A stretch of 64,000 nt of DNA from a virus: the IMG/VR virus record IMGVR_UViG_3300009550_000009. One strand, written 5' to 3'. Under the pieces are notes generated by a model that was not told the origin of the DNA, made no database searches, and saw only the letters and a list, made by a program, of their open reading frames with translations. Shown here piece after piece: positions 19,428 to 28,135 of this stretch (position 1 is its first letter; every line of letters starts with the position of its first letter). The position numbers and the translations under genes were made by a program.

Positions 19428-19568
19428 ATGTTAGTTGATTTAAAAAAACAAGAGATTGTGAAAATCTATCAAATTCTTAAAACTAAAAAAGAGGATGATG
19501 TGGTAGTTGATTACCTACATGATAGATTTAAAAAGTTAACCAAAATTTGCACTTGCGAGGAAACCTGA
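19428..19568 (+). CDS. 46-aa hypothetical protein
   Basis: MLVDLKKQEIVK...CTCEET; TGATG coupling to the next ORF. Confidence 0.6.
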   Translation: MLVDLKKQEIVKIYQILKTKKEDDVVVDYLHDRFKKLTKICTCEET

Positions 19569-19720
19569 TGACTGAAAAAGACCCTAAAACTGGATTGTGG
19601 AGACATCCCCAACCCATAAATGATACTGAGAAAATGATTGATGATTTTATTGCTGAGTGTGAAAAACAAGCAGCAAAATTAGAGGTCACAGTTGATTATT
19701 ACATTGCGGAATTTACTTAA
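19568..19720 (+). CDS. 50-aa hypothetical protein
   Basis: MTEKDPKTGLW...AAKLEVTVDYYIAEFT. Confidence 0.65.
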   Translation: MTEKDPKTGLWRHPQPINDTEKMIDDFIAECEKQAAKLEVTVDYYIAEFT

Positions 19721-19725
19721 CTATT

Positions 19726-19887
19726 ATGGAAAAACTTTACAGAATCGAAGAACTCACAACAGAGGGGTGGACACTCTTAGAGGATAAATCTCAAAAACTC
19801 ACAAAAGAAAAATGTGATGAATTACTGAGAAAATATCTAGATGGTGGTGCAAATCCGAATAGGTTACGAGCAGTCAATGACGTATGA
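19726..19887 (+). CDS. 53-aa hypothetical protein
   Basis: MEKLYRIEELTTEGW...GANPNRLRAVNDV. Confidence 0.7.
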   Translation: MEKLYRIEELTTEGWTLLEDKSQKLTKEKCDELLRKYLDGGANPNRLRAVNDV

Positions 19888-20227
19888 ACCAAAAGTAAAT
19901 GACTATGTTAAGTGGACAACAGCACTAGGCATGGTGCATGAGGGGTGGGTTTATTTTAAAGCACCCCCATCAGAGCATAAAAAGGGGTGGAGAAAACCAG
20001 AAAGGTATATCTCAATAGAAATTGCGACAAAACCAAGACGACAATGTGATATATCTACGTTTTTACATAAACGTATTCATGTATGTCTTTGTTGCTATGA
20101 GAATAATTGGCATGAATTAACCTATATTAGGAGAAGAGTTAGTAAACAAGATGATTCTGACCCTGATGAAGCAATAAGTTATGGTGCATATAAATCTCAA
20201 CAATACAGACCGCTTGATATTCAGTAA
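19877..20227 (+). CDS. hypothetical protein (start revised to MTYEP)
   Basis: In-frame ATG avoids a long overlap with 19726. Confidence 0.7.
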   Translation: MTYEPKVNDYVKWTTALGMVHEGWVYFKAPPSEHKKGWRKPERYISIEIATKPRRQCDISTFLHKRIHVCLCCYENNWHELTYIRRRVSKQDDSDPDEAISYGAYKSQQYRPLDIQ

Positions 20228-20268
20228 TTGATACCATTAAAATGTTTTAGTAATGAATTATTTGAATT

Positions 20269-20886
20269 ATGGCAGAAGTCCAACTACATGGAAATAACTT
20301 TGAAGATCTCAAAATTAGAGAACTCACAGGTTTAAGTAAAAAAGATTACGACTCTTTAAAAGGTAAGGGTGGATATACTTCCGCAATGGATTTGATTGAA
20401 GGTCTGATTGTTGATAAAAATTACAGTATCAAAACTGCGAAGGGAAACAAAGTTGATTGTGGAGATATTCTTAGAAGAATGAAAGAAGATAATTATACAA
20501 TTATTGTAGGTCAATGGTCACAAGATGGATTGCAGAAAATTTTTCATACTGAATACACATTTAATATAAAATCAGAGGATAAGGAAAAATTATGGGGTAA
20601 TATGAATTATGATGATGTTGTTTCATTCGATAAGTTTATTAAATCAATACCACATGGTAAAGAAGGACAGCAGACAACAAAAGAGGAGAGAGAAATTAGG
20701 AAGAATAAAATATCATGTGATAAAGCCCTCATGTCTATTCACCCAAAAGTAGATAGTAAAAATCAAAGAAGAGTTCAATGCTCATTTAAAATATCTGATT
20801 TGATAAAGTCAGGTATTGATTATCAAGCAAAAGCAATTAAATTTTCAATAGAGTCACCTTCTCGAACATTTAATAACAAAAACTGA
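20269..20886 (+). CDS. putative restriction-endonuclease-like nuclease
   Basis: HG..FE helix, then D...SIK, resembling a variant PD-(D/E)xK site; stop codon is the repeat TGA. Confidence 0.45.
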   Translation: MAEVQLHGNNFEDLKIRELTGLSKKDYDSLKGKGGYTSAMDLIEGLIVDKNYSIKTAKGNKVDCGDILRRMKEDNYTIIVGQWSQDGLQKIFHTEYTFNIKSEDKEKLWGNMNYDDVVSFDKFIKSIPHGKEGQQTTKEEREIRKNKISCDKALMSIHPKVDSKNQRRVQCSFKISDLIKSGIDYQAKAIKFSIESPSRTFNNKN

Positions 20887-20909
20887 TACCTCTAAAGTGT
20901 TTCAGTAGT

Positions 20910-21002
20910 GCGAGAACAAACCAACTTAAGACTTTCAAGGTAGCGGATACCCAAAGAAAAACGCTTTTAAATCGAACTTAAGCAGTTGAGTTTTGTTCTC
21001 GC
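20910..21002 (+). ncRNA. structured RNA candidate (long rod hairpin; sRNA or 5' leader)
   Basis: GCGAGAACAAA 20910-20920 pairs perfectly with TTTGTTCTCGC 20992-21002; inner CAACT/AGTTG, TAAG/CTTA, GGTA-GCGGA-TACC. Confidence 0.6.
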
Positions 21003-21028
21003 CCACCCAATAAAATCGCACAAAAATT

Positions 21029-21208
21029 ATGACATCATCTGAAGTATTACTTGAATTAAGAGAACTTAAGGAAGCATGGAAAAAACAAAATTTCGTGTTC
21101 AACGAAGGTCAACAGATAAGATATGATAATCTTCTTCAAAAACGTAGAGGTTTTGTCAAATCATGGTTTGAAAATGGTCTTGTCTATAAAAAAACCGCAT
21201 CTAAATAG
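21029..21208 (+). CDS. 59-aa hypothetical protein
   Basis: MTSSEVLLELRELKEAWKKQNF...; below ORF-track cutoff. Confidence 0.7.
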   Translation: MTSSEVLLELRELKEAWKKQNFVFNEGQQIRYDNLLQKRRGFVKSWFENGLVYKKTASK

Positions 21209-21229
21209 TATATAAGACATTTAGAGAAG

Positions 21230-21781
21230 ATGAAAACATTTCGGGAGTTTACAACAGAAGTTTATGACCCAGAGGTTCAAGGTCGTTCACAGATCCGCAA
21301 GATGGGTCAAGGTGGTCGTATTGGACAGGAGAGGAAAAAAACTGCTCCCGAAAAAAGGAGAATGAAGGCAGCTGGAGGTGGGAAGATGGTTCCAGCTAAA
21401 GATTATAAAGATCGCAAAGATATTGGTAAGGACAGAGCAAGATCAGAGAGAGAGCAACAACCAACTCAAACAAGAGGATCTGCAGCCCTTACACCTAGAG
21501 AACAACAAAAAAAAGCAAGAGCCGAGAGAATGGCAAGTAAATCGGGTAAGAAAACACCTAGAGAACTTGCGAAAGCGGCACAAAAGTTGTTACAAAAGAA
21601 AAAAGAAAAAAAAGTAGATCCAAAATATAAACCAGCAAAAGCAAGTGGATTAACGAGAGCAGAGAGACAGCAGATAAACAGAGCTGGTAAGAGATTAGTA
21701 AAAGATATGCAATCAGGTAAAGATAGACCAAGATCAGCATATGAGCCCGGAATGAGTGTTGCAATGAGAGGAAAAGAGTAG
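21230..21781 (+). CDS. basic protein with T4 capsid-targeting-like N-terminus (putative internal head protein)
   Basis: MKTFREFTTE; K/R-rich; CTAAATA late promoter at 21201. Confidence 0.6.
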   Translation: MKTFREFTTEVYDPEVQGRSQIRKMGQGGRIGQERKKTAPEKRRMKAAGGGKMVPAKDYKDRKDIGKDRARSEREQQPTQTRGSAALTPREQQKKARAERMASKSGKKTPRELAKAAQKLLQKKKEKKVDPKYKPAKASGLTRAERQQINRAGKRLVKDMQSGKDRPRSAYEPGMSVAMRGKE

Positions 21782-21882
21782 ATTTAGTATCATAAACTGA
21801 TACCACCAAATTGTTACTATTGTATATCACCATGGCAAATCTATTGTCATGTGGTATAATATTATTATATTATTGATTATTG

Positions 21883-23073
21883 ATGATTGAATTAAGACCA
21901 CATCAGAAGAGTGCTTTAGATGCTATGAGTGCATCAGATAAAGGACAGATCATAGTTCCTACTGGTGGTGGTAAAACTATGTGCATGATTGAAGATGTCA
22001 AGAGACAATTCAACAGTTCAGTAAATAAAACTGTTGTAGTTGTTGCACCTCGTATATTGCTTGCAAATCAATTATGTTCAGAGTTTTTAGAGCAGAATCT
22101 CGATAGTAACTATAATGTTGGTGTAGATGTGATTCATGTTCATAGTGGAGAGACACATTTTTACAGCACAACTAAGACTGATAAGATAAAGAAGTGGTAT
22201 CACAATAGCACCAAACATATTATTATGTTTACTACATACCATTCACTTCATAGAGTGCAAGAGAGTGGTATTCATGTAGATACAATATACTTTGATGAGT
22301 CACATAATGCAGTTCAAAAGAACTTCATTGAAGCAGTTGAGTATTTCTCAATGTATGCAGAGAGATCATACTTCTTTACTGCTACACCAAAACATTCACT
22401 TACACCTTTTAAAGTTGGAATGAATGATGTTGACATTTTTGGTCAAGTAATTTGCAATGTTCCTGCACCTAAATTAGTGAAGCAAGGTTATATATTACCA
22501 CCAAAAGTTGTTATTAACAAGATTGATTTACAAGATGATAGTAGATTTTCATACGAGCAAGATTGCGATTGTGTAATAGAAACTATTGATAATCAAGATG
22601 TGGATAAGATTTTAATTTGTGCAAGATCAACAAAACAAATTGTCAATTTAGTTACTCATACATCATTCATTCTTGATTTATATTCTCGTGGATATTCATG
22701 GATGATGATTACATCTAAAACTGGTGCAGTTATAGATGGTAAAAAAGTAAACAGAGAGGAGTTTTTCAATACGTTAAATACTTGGGGTAAAGATTCTGAT
22801 AAAAGATTTGTTGTATTACATCATAGTATATTATCTGAAGGTATCAATGTAAAAGGATTAGAAGCTGCTATGTTTCTAAGGAATATGGATTATATTGGTA
22901 TATCTCAAACTATTGGTAGAGTGATACGCAAAGGGGACGAGAGTAAAACATTTGGATTGATTTGTGTTCCAGTATATGATAAAGTTGGTATCTCTACTTC
23001 TCGTAGAGTTGAAGCAGTTGTCGATACTGTATTCAATCAGGGTCAGCCCGCAATTAGTGTAGTTAGGAATTAA
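21883..23073 (+). CDS. superfamily 2 (DExH) helicase
   Basis: PTGGGKT, DESH, TATP, LSEGINV and QTIGRVIR motifs. Confidence 0.9.
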   Translation: MIELRPHQKSALDAMSASDKGQIIVPTGGGKTMCMIEDVKRQFNSSVNKTVVVVAPRILLANQLCSEFLEQNLDSNYNVGVDVIHVHSGETHFYSTTKTDKIKKWYHNSTKHIIMFTTYHSLHRVQESGIHVDTIYFDESHNAVQKNFIEAVEYFSMYAERSYFFTATPKHSLTPFKVGMNDVDIFGQVICNVPAPKLVKQGYILPPKVVINKIDLQDDSRFSYEQDCDCVIETIDNQDVDKILICARSTKQIVNLVTHTSFILDLYSRGYSWMMITSKTGAVIDGKKVNREEFFNTLNTWGKDSDKRFVVLHHSILSEGINVKGLEAAMFLRNMDYIGISQTIGRVIRKGDESKTFGLICVPVYDKVGISTSRRVEAVVDTVFNQGQPAISVVRN

Positions 23074-23220
23074 ATGAAATACATTTTCAAAATAGACGAT
23101 TTTCAATTAACCGAAGACGAATATGATCTTTGGTCAGATAATCAATTATCAGTTCAAGAAATTTTGGACGATAGAATATCAAAAGATGAAATTAATATCT
23201 ATATTGATGTTAAGAACTGA
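23074..23220 (+). CDS. 48-aa acidic protein
   Basis: MKYIFKIDDF...IDVKN*; stop is the repeat TGA. Confidence 0.6.
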   Translation: MKYIFKIDDFQLTEDEYDLWSDNQLSVQEILDDRISKDEINIYIDVKN

Positions 23221-23257
23221 TACCTCTAAAATGTTTTAACAATGAATAAGCATTATT

Positions 23258-23473
23258 ATGAAAGTAAAAGAATTACTAAACATTTTGAGTGATGCCAAAC
23301 CTGATGATAACATCACTTTCTATTACTTGGAAAAAAACACTCTCGCTAATTCTACATTTGAATCATTCTTTGATTGCAACTATGTAGATGTAAATGGAGT
23401 TGTTGATTGGGAACTAACAGTTCAAAACACTATGGAATACTTAGAGGAGAACTCAGACAATGATGACAGTTAA
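23258..23473 (+). CDS. hypothetical cassette protein
   Basis: Follows repeat 23218. Confidence 0.75.
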   Translation: MKVKELLNILSDAKPDDNITFYYLEKNTLANSTFESFFDCNYVDVNGVVDWELTVQNTMEYLEENSDNDDS

Positions 23474-23621
23474 CATAAACGATTTTGTTACAGATGATGA
23501 ACTTTCACTTCTATGGAAGATTGCAGAGCGTATAATAAAGGAGGGGCATGTATATAATGACCCAGACTATAAAATCCAATTAAATCTTATTACTGAAACA
23601 TGGAGGCCTGATGAAAATTGA
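23460..23621 (+). CDS. 53-aa hypothetical protein
   Basis: MMTVNINDFVTDDELSLLWKIAE...; GAGGAG upstream. Confidence 0.6.
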   Translation: MMTVNINDFVTDDELSLLWKIAERIIKEGHVYNDPDYKIQLNLITETWRPDEN

Positions 23622-23817
23622 ACTTAACGAAAAAGAACAACAGTATCTTATTGATTCTATGATGTTCTATTCAACATTCATGCAGTATTTTAAAAATGAT
23701 AATCGAGGGTCATATTCTCGATTAATAAAACAGTATCAATACTGGTATGATAAAGACGATAGAAAAGAATGTCAACAAACATTTGAAAAAGTTTTGAGAG
23801 CAGATAAACAAAACTGA
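23611..23817 (+). CDS. hypothetical protein
   Basis: GGAGG RBS; stop is the repeat TGA. Confidence 0.75.
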   Translation: MKIELNEKEQQYLIDSMMFYSTFMQYFKNDNRGSYSRLIKQYQYWYDKDDRKECQQTFEKVLRADKQN

Positions 23818-23854
23818 TACCTCTAAATTGTTCCTACAGTAAGAGTTAATTATT

Positions 23855-24130
23855 ATGACAAACAGAAACAGCGATGCTCTCAATGAGCAAATACTAGAAA
23901 ATCTAACACCCGAACAACTACAAGAACTTAAAGAGTTGTATGTTGAGAGACTTGTTGATAATATGTCAACAAAAGATTTAGTTCGTTATGTCTTTGACGA
24001 TATGACACAATATGTTGATAAGCAATCACCTGTTGAGTTTTTTGATGATGCTTACAGTTACTTTGATGACTACTTTGATGAGATAGTCGAGGAAATCAAA
24101 GGCGGTCAATCTGTAAACAATTTAAACTAG
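23855..24130 (+). CDS. hypothetical cassette protein
   Basis: Follows repeat 23815. Confidence 0.8.
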   Translation: MTNRNSDALNEQILENLTPEQLQELKELYVERLVDNMSTKDLVRYVFDDMTQYVDKQSPVEFFDDAYSYFDDYFDEIVEEIKGGQSVNNLN

Positions 24131-24139
24131 GAGATCAAA

Positions 24140-24436
24140 ATGAATGAAGAACTTTACACAATTCAAATAACTCGTAGAGAGTTGGGATTAATCAAACATT
24201 ACTCTCATTTATTATTTGCAAATATTGATGATGATGTTTCATCTGATGGTGGTTCATGCACAGGCAGTTTTCCGATAGAAAAAGATTGGTTCGGTAAAGA
24301 TGCAATCAGAGGTCTTTATCGTAAAACAAAGAATATTGCAGATACTCATTATAATGATGATGAGGAATTGCAATTAGATAAAAGTTTAAGATACTCTACC
24401 AACATGAAATCTACATGGCCTTGGTTACAAAACTGA
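24140..24436 (+). CDS. hypothetical protein
   Basis: AGGAG RBS; stop is the repeat TGA. Confidence 0.75.
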   Translation: MNEELYTIQITRRELGLIKHYSHLLFANIDDDVSSDGGSCTGSFPIEKDWFGKDAIRGLYRKTKNIADTHYNDDEELQLDKSLRYSTNMKSTWPWLQN

Positions 24437-24474
24437 TACCTCTAAAATGTTCTTATAGTATAACACAAAACAAC

Positions 24475-24507
24475 ATGATTACAGCATTTTTTACAGGAGT
24501 ATTCTAA
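24475..24507 (+). pseudogene. truncated copy (MITAFFTGVF*) of gene 26142
   Basis: 24430-24500 matches 26097-26167 at 70/71 nt. Confidence 0.8.
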
Positions 24508-24791
24508 TGACAATGACCGCAAAAGAGTTTATGCAAGAAGTTTACGAAATTGCATTTGGACATGAAGCATACTACAGAGGATTTTTTCCAGAGGAAGTTG
24601 TCGAGAGACTACAAGATTTTTCAGATGGATCAAATCCAATTCTTATTGAAGATGCTTATAATGAGATAGAAGAATTAAAAACTTCACTTACAGAACTAAG
24701 TGATGCAGACCTATTAAATTCCAGACAAGCTCTTATTAATCAAACAAATAGAGTTATGGAAGCATTAAATGAAATAGGAACTGATGAATAA
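24507..24791 (+). CDS. hypothetical protein
   Basis: 94 aa; TAATG-coupled to the remnant. Confidence 0.75.
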   Translation: MTMTAKEFMQEVYEIAFGHEAYYRGFFPEEVVERLQDFSDGSNPILIEDAYNEIEELKTSLTELSDADLLNSRQALINQTNRVMEALNEIGTDE

Positions 24792-24839
24792 TAATATTAT
24801 TGATACCTCTAAATTGTTCCTTTATTAGATTATGAAATT

Positions 24840-25757
24840 ATGAAAAACACACACCTTGAACACCCCGAAGATTCCATTCTAACTGGTGATCTTACCGCAC
24901 TTGATTGGATGTCTGAAAAGAACAGTCATATATCAGTCAAGATTGATGGAAGTCCAGCTATCGTATGGGGACGTAACCCTGCAACTGGAAATCAATTTGT
25001 TGGAACTAAATCTGTATTCAACAAAAAGTTAATTAAGATATGCGAATCAATCGAGGATATTGATAAGTTTTATAGTGGTGATTTGCGTGACATATTAACA
25101 AATTGTTTTGTTAATTTACCTATCACAAAAAACATTTATCAAGGTGATTTCATCGGGTTTGGTGGTAATTATTCTTACACACCTAATACAATTACATATA
25201 AGTTTGACCGTATTATATCACAAAGAATAATAATTGCACCACATACTGTTTATGAATCACAAAAAGATTTGCGTGATGCAGTTGCAAACCCTCTTTTAAA
25301 TAATCTATCATCTACAACAAATGTTTTATTTGTATCACCTGATTGTGGTATAGTTAATGACAATGAGTTAATTAAATTACAGGTTAATTTTGCTAAACAA
25401 ATGGCAACATTATGTGAGTTCCCAACAGAAAACAAAGTAATTGCACGTTTAAAAAAACAGATTAATACATGTATTCGTGAGGGAATTGAATTAGATGAAT
25501 TAACACAAGATGCACTTGCTAATGATAACGAAGTTGACTTAAATGTTATTAGATTGTGGAAATTAGTGGAAGCAATTAAGATTCAATTGTTTACATATAT
25601 TCATGTAGATGAGAGTATTGAATGTGAAATAGAGAACCATAATGTTGACCATGAAGGTTATGTAATGACCAACAAATTCGGTTCATTTAAGATTGTAGAT
25701 CGAGAGGTATTTTCATTCTTAAATTTCAATCTTTCAAAAAATCGTGATACAAACTGA
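24840..25757 (+). CDS. putative ligase-superfamily nucleotidyltransferase
   Basis: KIDG, YQGDF, HEGYV and FKIV match ligase motifs I, III, IV, V in order; stop is the repeat TGA. Confidence 0.5.
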   Translation: MKNTHLEHPEDSILTGDLTALDWMSEKNSHISVKIDGSPAIVWGRNPATGNQFVGTKSVFNKKLIKICESIEDIDKFYSGDLRDILTNCFVNLPITKNIYQGDFIGFGGNYSYTPNTITYKFDRIISQRIIIAPHTVYESQKDLRDAVANPLLNNLSSTTNVLFVSPDCGIVNDNELIKLQVNFAKQMATLCEFPTENKVIARLKKQINTCIREGIELDELTQDALANDNEVDLNVIRLWKLVEAIKIQLFTYIHVDESIECEIENHNVDHEGYVMTNKFGSFKIVDREVFSFLNFNLSKNRDTN

Positions 25758-25806
25758 TACCTCTAAAATGTTCCTATAGTAAGAATTGAATTATTTTTTC
25801 AAAACA

Positions 25807-26061
25807 ATGACTGACGAAATTTTATCACTAGAGTTTGGAAGAACATTTTGGTTAGATGAAGATGGAGAGTTACGTTCTGCACCAACTTTCAAAAATGGTG
25901 AAACCGATTATGAAAAGTGGGATTATGTATCAGAGTGGCAAGATCTTGAAGGTATCAATCTTGATGCTTTACTCAACATTCATAAAAATTTAGTTATTAA
26001 AAACTATATTGAGACCACTGAAAAGTTTAATTTTAGATACCAAGTTTTAAAAGGAGCATAA
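25807..26061 (+). CDS. hypothetical cassette protein (start revised to ATG)
   Basis: Follows repeat 25755. Confidence 0.75.
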   Translation: MTDEILSLEFGRTFWLDEDGELRSAPTFKNGETDYEKWDYVSEWQDLEGINLDALLNIHKNLVIKNYIETTEKFNFRYQVLKGA

Positions 26062-26065
26062 CATC

Positions 26066-26125
26066 ATGTCATTAAATACACCACATAACGTAACACAAAC
26101 TGATACCTCTAAAATGTCCTTATAG
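26066..26125 (+). pseudogene. 5' remnant of a paralog of gene 26938, running into a repeat
   Basis: MSLNTPHNVTQT vs MTINTPFNVTLT (29/38 nt identical); AAGGAG RBS. Confidence 0.6.
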
Positions 26126-26141
26126 TATAACACAAAACAAC

Positions 26142-26375
26142 ATGATTACAGCATTTTTTACAGGAGTTGTCGTAGCAATTCCAACTTCACTTATTACAAT
26201 GAAGTTACTAAACAGTTCACTTTTTATCAGTAATGAAGAATTAAGGGAAGCAAACGCTAAAATTAGTCTCATTATTAATAACTTAGATGACTTCAGAGAA
26301 GAGAGACTTGCCGATAAAATGGAGAGACTTGGCATAACTGATAAACTTGATAAGAGACTTGAAATAAAAAATTAA
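26142..26375 (+). CDS. small protein with N-terminal hydrophobic helix
   Basis: Follows repeat 26101. Confidence 0.75.
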   Translation: MITAFFTGVVVAIPTSLITMKLLNSSLFISNEELREANAKISLIINNLDDFREERLADKMERLGITDKLDKRLEIKN

Positions 26376-26427
26376 TACATCAACTGATACCTTTAAACTG
26401 TTCCTATAGTATAAGATCAAATTAATT

Positions 26428-26667
26428 ATGAAAAAATCATTTATTGTTGAAGATGTAACAGCAAACTTAGACAAGATCACTTGTTTAACTGATGAAATAA
26501 TAGAGGGTATTAATTTTAGATGCCTTAATGCTATTGGTGTATGGCATACAGAAGGTAATGATGCAGAAGGAGATTTATGGGATAAAGTTGAAGCATATAT
26601 TGGTGTTCCTTTAGGTGGTTTAACATACTGTAAAAATCAACCACACAAACTTACTTCTTTTAAGTAA
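26428..26667 (+). CDS. hypothetical cassette protein
   Basis: Follows repeat 26385. Confidence 0.8.
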   Translation: MKKSFIVEDVTANLDKITCLTDEIIEGINFRCLNAIGVWHTEGNDAEGDLWDKVEAYIGVPLGGLTYCKNQPHKLTSFK

Positions 26668-26710
26668 GTGATACCTCTAAATTGTCCCTTATATGTAAGA
26701 CTTATTAAAA

Positions 26711-26938
26711 ATGCCACTTAAAAAAGAAATTTTTGATCGAATCACTCAAGAACGAGAAACATTTATGAACGAGCAACGAGCAAACGAGGAACTCAATATT
26801 GAGTTAGAATATGAGAGAGTCAAGGAGCAACGCTACAAGGCCTTTCAAGAGTGGTTAAACGATTGTCCACTTGTAGTAACTGACTATCAAGATTTTACAA
26901 CTGAATTTCAAATTACTTTCAATCTGGAGGCTGACTAA
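26711..26938 (+). CDS. hypothetical cassette protein
   Basis: Follows repeat 26669. Confidence 0.75.
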   Translation: MPLKKEIFDRITQERETFMNEQRANEELNIELEYERVKEQRYKAFQEWLNDCPLVVTDYQDFTTEFQITFNLEAD

Positions 26939-27183
26939 TGACTATCAACACACCATTTAATGTAACACTAACTGAAGGCCAAATAGGTATTATCTTATGC
27001 AGTTTAGAGGATAGTGTTAAAAAAAGTGAGCATATCAGAAGTAAAGACAATATAATATTACAACCATTTGATGAATATTGTCAATCAGTTGACTCTATTT
27101 TTGAAATTTTAGAGGGTGTAGTTGATAGGCATTATGATAAGATAGAAAAGGCTCAAAGTAAACAACCAGAAATGGAATGGTAA
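26938..27183 (+). CDS. hypothetical protein
   Basis: GGAGG RBS; TAATG coupling. Confidence 0.75.
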   Translation: MTINTPFNVTLTEGQIGIILCSLEDSVKKSEHIRSKDNIILQPFDEYCQSVDSIFEILEGVVDRHYDKIEKAQSKQPEMEW

Positions 27184-27233
27184 TAATAATTGATACCTTT
27201 AAAATGTTCCTATAGTATAAGATCAAATTAATT

Positions 27234-27476
27234 ATGCACAACTTCAAAGAATTTTTAGACTACTGCGAATCATTCTACATGCCTAGTCATCCTGACGTAT
27301 TATACCCTATTGATGGATTATCTAGGGGAGAGTTAGCACTTGCTACTCTTACATATCTTGATTTATGTTCAGAATGTGAGTCAATCAACTGGGGTGATGG
27401 TGATTCCTTAGATCGAGAGAGAGTCAGGGATCAGGTATTTCAAACTAGAGCAGTAAATTCAGTTAGTCTTAATTAA
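27234..27476 (+). CDS. hypothetical cassette protein
   Basis: Follows repeat 27191; WGDGDSLDRERVRD. Confidence 0.8.
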   Translation: MHNFKEFLDYCESFYMPSHPDVLYPIDGLSRGELALATLTYLDLCSECESINWGDGDSLDRERVRDQVFQTRAVNSVSLN

Positions 27477-27528
27477 TACTAACTGATACCTCTAAAATGT
27501 TCCTATAGTATAAGCAAACATCAAAATT

Positions 27529-27717
27529 ATGAAAATGACAAAAGTTGAAGTAGTTGCATCATTCAGAGAATCATGGGCTGACGTTGTTGCATCTGATCCT
27601 ATGTGGAGAGGAGACAAGATCGCCAAAAGATGTGCATTTAATGATTTTGTTGATATGCTTAACAAAGATGGCATGGTAACAGATCATCAAGCAAACAACT
27701 GGAGCAATCCATTTTAA
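27529..27717 (+). CDS. hypothetical cassette protein
   Basis: Follows repeat 27484. Confidence 0.8.
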   Translation: MKMTKVEVVASFRESWADVVASDPMWRGDKIAKRCAFNDFVDMLNKDGMVTDHQANNWSNPF

Positions 27718-27770
27718 TTGACTCAAACTGATACCTCTAAACTGTTCCTATAGTATAAGCAATCAAAAAA

Positions 27771-27947
27771 ATGTCAACATTACATCACGAATCATTATTA
27801 GAAACTTGCTTTGATGAAGCAGTCGAAGCATTTTGTTCTCACAATCAGTTAACGCCAGAAATGTTTGCTGAGATAGAGCATCATCAAGGAGTTCAAATAG
27901 CATTGGAAAATGCTGCAAACCAAAGATTTGAGGATTTATTACAATGA
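27771..27947 (+). CDS. 58-aa cassette protein
   Basis: MSTLHHESLLETCFDEAVE...; follows repeat 27729; ATGA overlap with the next ORF; missed by the ORF track. Confidence 0.8.
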   Translation: MSTLHHESLLETCFDEAVEAFCSHNQLTPEMFAEIEHHQGVQIALENAANQRFEDLLQ

Positions 27948-28135
27948 AAAATGACCAAGAAATTCTAAACAATGTTGAAATTCTAAGCAAATATCATATT
28001 GATAGATTCCAACATTTATTAGACAATGATCGAAAAGATGACGCAATTTCAATCATGCAAGAATATGTAAGTAAAGGAGAAGTTGAAGATGACGATTATC
28101 AATGGTTATATGTAAATTATCTTTTTAAAAACTGA
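27944..28135 (+). CDS. hypothetical protein
   Basis: Stop is the repeat TGA. Confidence 0.75.
   Translation: MKNDQEILNNVEILSKYHIDRFQHLLDNDRKDDAISIMQEYVSKGEVEDDDYQWLYVNYLFKN

Noticed and set aside
24434-24459. Sigma54 (-24/-12) promoter reading of the element
   Set aside because: TGATAC only partly resembles TGGCAC; the GG and GC dinucleotides are missing; cyanobacteria lack RpoN
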